A stretch of 64,000 nt of DNA, from assembly GCA_963769425.1 (NCBI GenBank), contig CAVYLP010000006.1:736001-800000 (forward strand), written 5' to 3'. Below, one piece after another: positions 56,524-64,000 of the stretch; the first letter of the stretch is position 1; each line of letters opens with the position of its first letter. Under the pieces are notes generated by a model that had not been told where the DNA came from, made no database searches, and saw only the letters and a list, made by a program, of their open reading frames with translations. Both the position numbers and the translations under genes were made by a program. The stretch is from Candidatus Bathyarchaeota archaeon. Lineage in GTDB: Archaea; Thermoproteota; Bathyarchaeia; TCS64.

Positions 56524-58871
56524 TGCTGCCCCTCCTTCTGGTGGAGCGCCGCGAGTATCTTGTCTCGGGTTATTGGGAGGTCGTAGAACCTGACGCCCAG
56601 GGCATTCTGTATTGCATTGGCGACCGCTCCCGCGACAGGGTTGAGCGCTCCCTCACCTATGCCCTTCGCCCCGAATGGGCCCGTGTCCTCGTAGGTGTCG
56701 ACGAAGAATACCTTGAAGTCCTCCAGGTGTGGCATGTCTCGCGCCGTGGGTATCTTGTAGTCGGTGAGGAAACCCTTGTTGTATAGGTCGCCGGTCTTGG
56801 GATCGTGCTGCATGTCTTCTAGTAAGGTCATACTCCAGCCCTGGGCAAAGCCTCCGTGTATCTGCCCAGCAGCGAGTGTCGGGTTGATGACGGTGCCGAT
56901 GTCAGCGCCAGCGATGATCTTTATCGGGCGAACCTTCCCTGTCCAGGTGTCTACCTCAACCTCGACGAAGTAGCCGGTGAAGTGGGGCGGGCATGCGGGC
57001 TGGCGGTAGCTATCCACCGAGGCGATGGTGCCCCAGTTCTTGTGCCTCATAGTATAGGCAATCTCCTTGAAGGTCAGCTCCCTTCCGGCGACTCCCTCCG
57101 CGTAGACGACCCCCTGCTTCCTCGCTGGGTCGACCCTGAACTTCAACGCGTGTGGGTAGGCGTCGAGTATCTTGCCGGCATTCTCCCTGATCTTTTCCTT
57201 CACCTGCTTCGCGACCTTTAGGGCAGCCCCCCCGCCTGAGTAGATGCCCCTGCTGGCGTGGGTGCAGACGTCGTAGACAGTAGTGCTCGTGTCGGCTTGG
57301 ATTATGTTGACGTTGTCGAGGGGGACGCAGAGCTCCTCAGCGATTATCTTGGCGTGCGCCTCGACTGTGCCTCCGCCGTGGTCCATTAGTGCGGTAACGT
57401 AGTCGAGCGTCCCGTCCTCGTTGAGTTTGAGGAGTGCTCCACCGAAGTCGACAACCGTACCGGGGATGGGCGCACCCGCGCTACTAGTGTGGTATCCACG
57501 TCCCATGCCGACGCCTCGCCTATAGCGACCCGCCTGGCTACCCGCCTTCGGGCGGTTGTACCAGTCGATCATCTCCGCGCCCTTCGTCAGTATCTCCTCG
57601 ACTCCGCAGCTCTGGATTATGCTCTTCACGGTGGGTCCCTGTCCCCAGAAGAGGTCGCCCTGCCCGATGTAGTTCTGGAGGCGGAAGTCGACGGGGTCCA
57701 TGCCGATGGCCTCGGCGAGCTCGTCCATCATGCACTCGGTTGCCCAGGTCATCTGGGGGTTGCCATAGCCGCGGAAGGCGCAGCTTGGCACCTTGTTTGT
57801 GTAGACGGCGATGCCCCTGTAGCTCTTGGCGGGTAGCTTGTAGAGGCTCACCCACCAGCCGACTATGCAGCCGAGTAGGGGATAGGCTTGGACCTGGTGT
57901 CCCCCGATGTCGAGCCATGCGTCCAAGTGGCCGGCAGTCAGCTTGCCGCTCCTCTTTACGCCCATTTTTAGGTTAAATATCATGCTATAGCTGACGTGGT
58001 CGTGCAGATCCTCCTCGCGTGTGAGGCTTAGGCGGATGGGTCTCCTCGCCTTGAGAGCCAACGCGACGGCGATGGGGACGACCGTGTTGACCTGGATGCT
58101 CGAGCCGAAGCTGCCCCCTAGGCTTGCCTTCATGACGCGTATCTTGCCCATTGGGAGGCCGAATATCTCGTGCAGGAGGAGCCGGGTATTATGGAGTGTC
58201 TGGGTGGTGCTCCATATGGTGACGCCACCGTCGGGCTCAGGCTTGACGAGGACGCTCTTCGTCTCAAGCTGTGTGTGGTACCGGCGGTTCGTGCGGTAGG
58301 TGTGCTCGATGACTACGTCCGCCTCCTTGAAGCCTGCCTCTACGTCCCCCTCCCGGTTGTCGAGGGTACAGGCAATGTTGCTCTCGATCTTAAGGTGGTT
58401 CTCCTTGAGGGTTATTTCGTCGTGGAGCATTGTGCCGAGCTTCATGGCGTCGATGGCGTCGTATGATGCGGGGAGAATTTCGTACTCCACCTTGAGGAGC
58501 TCCAATGCGGCCTGGGCCTGCTCCTCCGTTTCCGCCGCGACGACCGCTATTGGCTCGCCGACGTAGACCGGTTTCCTTGCGAGGATGTGCCAGTCCTTGT
58601 ACGTGGCCTCGGGAGTGCTGACGAGGCGGGGGCAAAACCTCGCATCAGGGACATCGTCAGGGGTTACGACGACCGCGCCCACCCTCTCGGCCTCCTCCTT
58701 GTCTATCCGTATAACCCTGGCATGTGGGTGTGGGCTCTTGAGGATACGGGCGTGTAGCATCCCCGGTAGTGCGAGGTCGCTAGAGAAGCGCTCCTGCCCC
58801 GTGACCTTTGAGACGCCATCCTTCCTCGGTGTATCCTTCCCGATGACGGCGTAGAGACTCTGCCCGGACAT
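56520..58871 (-). CDS. Xanthine dehydrogenase family molybdopterin-binding subunit (cluster 2)
   Basis: GGSFGS, FRGYG, THASR and AKGIGE. Confidence 0.93.
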   Translation of the reverse strand: MSGQSLYAVIGKDTPRKDGVSKVTGQERFSSDLALPGMLHARILKSPHPHARVIRIDKEEAERVGAVVVTPDDVPDARFCPRLVSTPEATYKDWHILARKPVYVGEPIAVVAAETEEQAQAALELLKVEYEILPASYDAIDAMKLGTMLHDEITLKENHLKIESNIACTLDNREGDVEAGFKEADVVIEHTYRTNRRYHTQLETKSVLVKPEPDGGVTIWSTTQTLHNTRLLLHEIFGLPMGKIRVMKASLGGSFGSSIQVNTVVPIAVALALKARRPIRLSLTREEDLHDHVSYSMIFNLKMGVKRSGKLTAGHLDAWLDIGGHQVQAYPLLGCIVGWWVSLYKLPAKSYRGIAVYTNKVPSCAFRGYGNPQMTWATECMMDELAEAIGMDPVDFRLQNYIGQGDLFWGQGPTVKSIIQSCGVEEILTKGAEMIDWYNRPKAGSQAGRYRRGVGMGRGYHTSSAGAPIPGTVVDFGGALLKLNEDGTLDYVTALMDHGGGTVEAHAKIIAEELCVPLDNVNIIQADTSTTVYDVCTHASRGIYSGGGAALKVAKQVKEKIRENAGKILDAYPHALKFRVDPARKQGVVYAEGVAGRELTFKEIAYTMRHKNWGTIASVDSYRQPACPPHFTGYFVEVEVDTWTGKVRPIKIIAGADIGTVINPTLAAGQIHGGFAQGWSMTLLEDMQHDPKTGDLYNKGFLTDYKIPTARDMPHLEDFKVFFVDTYEDTGPFGAKGIGEGALNPVAGAVANAIQNALGVRFYDLPITRDKILAALHQKEGQQ

Positions 58872-59051
58872 TTCGTATGATTCTCACGCCTCGGGGATTA
58901 AAAGTGTTGATAGGCGGTGTGATGTGTGGACGAGACTCAGTTATTATAAATTCGCCAGTAAGTTATTAATGATTAATAAAAACAAGCCTCGCCTTAGCAC
59001 TATGTTAATAACGGATTTCCGATAACCATCCTTGAATCTGGGGCTCATGAT

Positions 59052-60953
59052 TTGGCTGAGGGACACGAGCATCACGACCACGACGAGGGGTTTCACGGCC
59101 ACGAGGAGGAGGGTGGTGCCAGCGCGTGGGGGCTCGTCTTCTCCGGTGCTGCCCTCGCCGTTGGGCTCGCCGTGAGCTTCATCATCGGCCCGAGCATCTT
59201 CTCTAATATACTGCTACTGTCCGCGATGGTAGTGTCGGGCTACAGCATCGCGGTCTCGGGGGGGAAGGCCCTTCTCCACGGGAGGGTGTCAATAGACCTC
59301 CTTATCACAGTTGCAGCGGTTGGGGCGAGCCTCATAGGCCACCTTGAGGAGGGGGCGGCCGTTGTCCTGCTCTTCAACCTCGCGGAGCGGCTGGAGGAGT
59401 ACGCGGGTGAGAGGGCTCGCCACGCCATCGAGAAGCTGGTCCAGCTCAGGCCGGAGGTCGCCGTCGTGAGGCGTAATAGCGTGGAGATGGATGTCCCCGT
59501 CGGCGAGGTGATGCCAGGAGAGGTCTTTATCCTCAGGCCGGGTGACCGCGTCGCCCTAGACGGGGAGGTATCTGAGGGGGAGTCGAGCGTTGACCAGTCC
59601 GCCATCACTGGGGAGTCAGTGCCCGTGGCGAAGGCCGTTGGCGACGATGTCTACGCGGGGACGATGAACGTGGACGGCTTCCTCGCCGTGCGAGCGACGA
59701 GCATGGCTGAGGAGTCGACCCTCTCCCGTATACTCCACTTGGTGGAGGAGGCAGAGGAGAGCAAGTCGCCGACAGAAGCCTATGTTGATAGGTTCTCGCG
59801 CTGGTACACGCCTGCTGTCATAGCCGCGGCTTTGATTGTTGCCACTGTGCCACCGCTGCTGCTGGGGCAGCCGTTGATCGATTGGGTCTACAGGTCGATG
59901 GTGATGCTCGTTGTCGCCTGCCCCTGCGCCCTCGCCATCTCCACGCCAGTTGCAATGGTCTCAGCTATAGCGAGCGCCAGCAGGAACGGCGTCTTGGTGA
60001 AGGGTAGCATACACATCGAGGAGCTTGCGAGGGCAAAGGTGATAGCGTTTGATAAGACGGGGACGCTGACCCGCGGCGAGCTCGAGGTTGGAGAGGTCCG
60101 TGGAGCTGAGCCAAACGAGGTGCTCAGATGCGCCGCTGCCCTAGAGGCGAAGTCGGAGCACCCGATTGGCGAGGCGATAGTGGAGAGAGCGCAGAGGGAG
60201 AAGGTGGCCGGGGGGGAGCCGACCGGGTTCAAGACCTATCCGGGGAGGGGAGTCCAGGCGCGGCTCGGCGAGAACACCATCTGCGTCGGGAACCCGAGGC
60301 TCTTCGCCGAGCTCGGGATAGTGAACGGGAGTACACTCTCGCCGGAGGACGCGGGGAAGACGGTGATACTCGTCGCGAAGGACGAGGCGGTGATCGGGTC
60401 GCTCACCCTCACTGATAAAGTCCGGCCCGAGGCATCGGCGGCAATAGCCGCCCTCAAGGCTCGTGGGTTGCGCGTCGAGATGCTAACTGGGGACAACGAG
60501 GAGACGGCACGCGAAATAGCAGGGAGGGTTGGGGTCGACGGATACAGGGCCGGGCTTCTGCCCGAGGAGAAGGTGGCCGCGGTCGAGTCTCTTAGATCGC
60601 TCGGCGGGGTCATCATGGTTGGGGATGGTGTCAACGATGCCCCGGCGCTGGCGAAGGCGGACGTCGGCATAGCGATGGGTGCCATGGGGAGCGACGTTGC
60701 ATTGGAGACGGCGGACATTGCCCTCATGCAGGACAGGCTCGACAGAGTCCCCTACGCGGTTGATCTGAGCCGCGCTACGATGCGGCGAATAAGGGAGAAC
60801 ATTACGCTCAGTGTGGTGGTGAAGCTAGGCGTCGCTCTGCTAGCGCTCCCCGGCTTCGTGACGCTGTGGATAGCCGTCGCTGTGGGCGACATGGGGCTGA
60901 GTCTAGCTGTGATCTTGAACGCGCTGAGGCTCGGAAGGATAAAGCCCGAGTGA
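59052..60953 (+). CDS. Heavy-metal (Zn/Cd/Pb-type) P1B ATPase with His-rich N-terminus
   Basis: HEHHDHDEGFHGH, TGES, CPC, DKTGT, SEHP and GDGVND. Confidence 0.92.
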   Translation: MAEGHEHHDHDEGFHGHEEEGGASAWGLVFSGAALAVGLAVSFIIGPSIFSNILLLSAMVVSGYSIAVSGGKALLHGRVSIDLLITVAAVGASLIGHLEEGAAVVLLFNLAERLEEYAGERARHAIEKLVQLRPEVAVVRRNSVEMDVPVGEVMPGEVFILRPGDRVALDGEVSEGESSVDQSAITGESVPVAKAVGDDVYAGTMNVDGFLAVRATSMAEESTLSRILHLVEEAEESKSPTEAYVDRFSRWYTPAVIAAALIVATVPPLLLGQPLIDWVYRSMVMLVVACPCALAISTPVAMVSAIASASRNGVLVKGSIHIEELARAKVIAFDKTGTLTRGELEVGEVRGAEPNEVLRCAAALEAKSEHPIGEAIVERAQREKVAGGEPTGFKTYPGRGVQARLGENTICVGNPRLFAELGIVNGSTLSPEDAGKTVILVAKDEAVIGSLTLTDKVRPEASAAIAALKARGLRVEMLTGDNEETAREIAGRVGVDGYRAGLLPEEKVAAVESLRSLGGVIMVGDGVNDAPALAKADVGIAMGAMGSDVALETADIALMQDRLDRVPYAVDLSRATMRRIRENITLSVVVKLGVALLALPGFVTLWIAVAVGDMGLSLAVILNALRLGRIKPE

Positions 60954-61064
60954 AATATACCTTAATGCCTCATTTTTGTATATAATCGACGGTGAATTGG
61001 CTAGTTTTATAGCTTCTTTCGGTGATCGGCGTCGTTTTCAGGTTCCGATTGCTTACCCTCCCTT

Positions 61065-61919
61065 TTAGAGGAGGGTGACTATGGCGACGCCGAGCACGAC
61101 GAGGGTTGAGCCAATGACGATTCTTTTGGTGAGTTTCTCCTCCTTCATGAGGAGGCGGGTTGTGAGGAGGGCGAAGAGTGGATAGCTGTAGACGATGGTT
61201 GTGACCACGGATACTGGTCCGGTCTCGAGGGCCGCCATCATGGCAAGCCAGCCTATGCTGCTTAGGACGCCCGTGGCGGCAAAGCAGGCGAGGCTCGGGC
61301 GGCTTATATGGAGATCCCCCATCTGCCCCGTCGCGGCTAGATAGAGTGTGATGAAGAGGAAGCCGGCTACGGCGCCCGTCGCGGCGCTGAGGAATGGGTC
61401 GGGCTGGAGCTGTATCCCTGCCTTGCTTGCGATGTTGCTGAGGGAGTAGGCGAGGGCGGAAACGAGGCCGATGAGCAGCGCCTTCTCAATCTTGAAGCCC
61501 GAGGCGCCACTGATGAGGGCGACTCCGAGGGCGACGGTTGCAGCCCCCGCGATTGTCGTCACCTGCGGCCTCTCCGCGATAATAGCGATGGAGAGGAGGG
61601 TCGTTATTACCGGGCTGCTCCCGATGAGGGCGCTCGTCTTCGCTACGCCGATTCCCCTCATCGCGACGAAGTTTAGGAGTCTGGCGACTCCGAGGCTGAG
61701 TACCCCTCCTAGGGCGAAGTACCCGACCGCGACCAAGTTGAGCTGGGGCAGTCGCGTCAACAGGAGCGCCAACAGTATTACTGTTTGAATCGCCACACTG
61801 TAGAAGGCCGCGACTATCGGCTTTGCCCCCCTCATCCCCTTCGCAATCAGCGTCACCCCGAGGGCGTTCGTGATGGATGTCACAAGCGCGAGTGCCTCGA
61901 AAAGCAAGGGGATCAGCAT
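61065..61919 (-). CDS. EamA/DMT family transporter
   Basis: 10 TM segments in two repeats; GPVSVV...YPLF and EK. Confidence 0.85.
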   Translation of the reverse strand: MLIPLLFEALALVTSITNALGVTLIAKGMRGAKPIVAAFYSVAIQTVILLALLLTRLPQLNLVAVGYFALGGVLSLGVARLLNFVAMRGIGVAKTSALIGSSPVITTLLSIAIIAERPQVTTIAGAATVALGVALISGASGFKIEKALLIGLVSALAYSLSNIASKAGIQLQPDPFLSAATGAVAGFLFITLYLAATGQMGDLHISRPSLACFAATGVLSSIGWLAMMAALETGPVSVVTTIVYSYPLFALLTTRLLMKEEKLTKRIVIGSTLVVLGVAIVTLL

Positions 61920-61966
61920 CAGAGTCGTCGGAATCTTCTATTAAAACATCTGATCCTCGATCAGGC

Positions 61967-62455
61967 ATGGAGCCCGTCATCCGAAACGAGATGAGGCCGG
62001 GGGACCTCGGCGAGATAGTGCGACTTCACGGCGTCCTCTACGCTGAGGAGTACGGCCTAGACAACACCTTCGAGGCGTACGTCGCCGGGCCGCTCTCCGA
62101 GTTCGTCCTCGCGAAGGACCGGGAGGGGCAGAGGATATGGGTCGTCGAGGCGGGTGAGAAGGTCGCTGGGTGCATAGCTATAGTCCGAAGCGGGGAGGGC
62201 GTGGCCCAACTCAGGTGGTTCATCCTCACACCCGAGACCCGCGGGAGGGGAATCGGCAAACGCCTCATGGGGGAGGCAGTCGAGTACAGTCGCGAGGCCG
62301 GGTACAGGAGGATCATCCTCTGGACCTTCAGCGAACTGGAGGCCGCCATCGCCCTCTACAGGCGCTGGGGATTCGAGAAGACTGAGGAGAAGGCCCACCG
62401 CATCTGGGGGAGGGATCTCATCGAGGAGAAGTACGAACTAGACCTACGATACTAG
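61967..62455 (+). CDS. GNAT family N-acetyltransferase
   Basis: LRWF, RGRGIG and LYRRWGF. Confidence 0.9.
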   Translation: MEPVIRNEMRPGDLGEIVRLHGVLYAEEYGLDNTFEAYVAGPLSEFVLAKDREGQRIWVVEAGEKVAGCIAIVRSGEGVAQLRWFILTPETRGRGIGKRLMGEAVEYSREAGYRRIILWTFSELEAAIALYRRWGFEKTEEKAHRIWGRDLIEEKYELDLRY

Positions 62456-63420
62456 ACCGCTCCGCGAGGACCCTCGATGCGTTTTCATCAGTATCGCCTC
62501 GCGCTCTGGATCTGTAAGTACCTTTGACTCCCTGATCTTACGCACGGGGTCCTCGACGGCTATGGGTGCGGGCCAGTCCGTCCCGAGTATCACGTTTTCG
62601 ACACCGACGGCGTCGATGAGGAACCGGAGGTTTCTGTCGGTGAAGGTGGTGGTGTCGTAGAGAAATCTGCTCAGGTAGGTGCTCGGATGGTCCCGTGCCA
62701 TTCCCCTGTACTTTGGGAAGGCGTTCCAGCCCCTGTCCATCCGGTCAACGGCGTATGGAACGTAACCCCCCGCGTGACCCAGGCAGACCCGTAGGCCGGG
62801 GTGCCTGTCCATGACTCCGCCGAAGACGAGGCAGCCGAATGTGAGGGTTCTGTCGACGAGGTTCCCCACCGAGTTGGGTAGGAAGTAGTTCTTAGTTCTG
62901 TACCAGACCGTCGTCGGCCCGCACTGGTGGATGAGTAGGAAAGCGCGGTGCCGCTCCGCCGCCTCCCAGATGGGCTCGAAAGAGGGATCATCGTATGTCC
63001 TGCCGTTAACATGGTCGTTTATCATGAAGCCCTTGAGACCGAGGCGCATACCGCGCTCCATCTCGGCCAATGCGAGCCCTGTGTCCTGCATCGGCAGCGT
63101 TCCCAAGGCCCATGAACCGGTGCGGGTAGGTCTTCACCATCCCAGCGACCTCGTCGTTGCACTCAGCCGCGATGGTGGATGGTGACGCACGGGTCCTATC
63201 GTACTGGTAGAAGACGTCGGTGGGGGAGACGAGTTGCACGTCGACGCCGAGCTCGTCCATCTCCTCGATCCTCCGCTCCGGCGCCCACCTGTTCTTCGGG
63301 TTGTCTAGCTCCCCGTCCTCCGCCGTCATCCCGTGCCAGTCGCTGACCCGAGAGGACCGCCTCCTGGAACCGCATCGGCGTGACGTGGACGTGAACATCG
63401 ACTATCGGGCTTTCCTTCAT
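62444..63420 (-). pseudogene. Amidohydrolase-2 (ACMSD-like decarboxylase) gene broken by at least 3 single-base frameshifts (likely assembly errors)
   Basis: DVHVH, CNDEVA...FMGLG/TLPMQD, HAGG and GTDWP are spread over three ORFs; shifts near 63345, 63103 and 62485. Confidence 0.8.
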
Positions 63421-63521
63421 CTCTGACCCCCACCAGAGAGGTTCCCTCGAGGCGTATTTAATCGGGTCGGCACGCCATGAGCCTAAAGGTTAAAGGCGGG
63501 GTTCTCATTCGTCTCTACGGC

Positions 63522-63918
63522 ATGTCGGACGACGAGCTGGAGCGCCTCAAGCGTAAGAAGATGCAGGAGATGCAGAGGCGCATGGCATCCCATGAGGCGA
63601 CGCAGGCCGCCCAGGAATCGACTGAAGGATAAACCGAAGGAGGCCTCAACTGACAAGGTTTTGGACAGCATCTTCGGCGACCGCGCGTGGGAGGTGTGGA
63701 AGGCCGCGAGGGAGCAGTTCCCGAAGGTCATCCCGCAGGTCGAGCAGGCGCTCGTCGACGCGGTGAAGCAGGGGAAGATAGCGGAGAAGATAGACGGCGG
63801 CGGCCTGGCTATGTTCCTCCGCCAGATAGGGTTCCCGCTCAGGCTCAACACACAGATACGCTTCGCGGAGCACGGCGAGCTAAAGACGCTGGAGCAGAAG
63901 CTGAAGAGCAACGAGTAG
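63522..63918 (+). pseudogene. PDCD5-like/dsDNA-binding family protein with a frameshift near 63618
   Basis: MSDDELERLKRKKMQEMQRR N-terminus at 63522 continues in the frame of ORF 63592..63918 after removing one base. Confidence 0.65.
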
Positions 63919-64000
63919 CCGTTTGGCTCCTCGACGAATCTAAATACATCTGGCTCCCTCTAGGGGTACAACGCCCAGAGAGACACCGCCTTGGCTCAGG

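Noticed and set aside
1-64000. Mobile elements or defence systems
   Set aside because: No transposase, integrase, restriction-modification, toxin-antitoxin or viral hallmark gene was recognised.

Overview
Gene-dense archaeal chromosomal window. The lineage is probably an anaerobic Bathyarchaeia-like archaeon; this is inferred from hdrCBA, tfx, AOR, a PDCD5-like gene, TATA-like promoters and oligo-T terminators. It holds about 65 genes: hdrCBA, tfx-modABC, mgtA, a cysteine-pair-rich metal(loid) locus, a BlaI/BlaR-like pair facing an ABC-NEW3 operon, lemA-htpX, pyk, a hub of Mo/W enzymes (AOR, two xanthine-dehydrogenase-family trimers, a DMSO-reductase-family enzyme, XdhC, MocA) and a heavy-metal P1B ATPase. 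No rRNA, tRNA, CRISPR array, integrase or transposase was recognised. The most unusual elements are: (1) an intergenic, two-block, ~21-bp-phased array of about 23 GCTACTAGGAA-like motifs at 26.5-27.1 kb; (2) an unannotated 31-aa CxC...CC peptide in a locus where all five genes, including Lrp and PadR, carry vicinal cysteines; (3) a beta-propeller/Ig protein fused to a catalytically dead site-2-protease domain; (4) an alpha/beta hydrolase lacking its nucleophile; (5) an unannotated 35-aa highly basic peptide. At least seven single-base frameshifts are probably assembly errors. All family calls come from motif recognition, not database searches.
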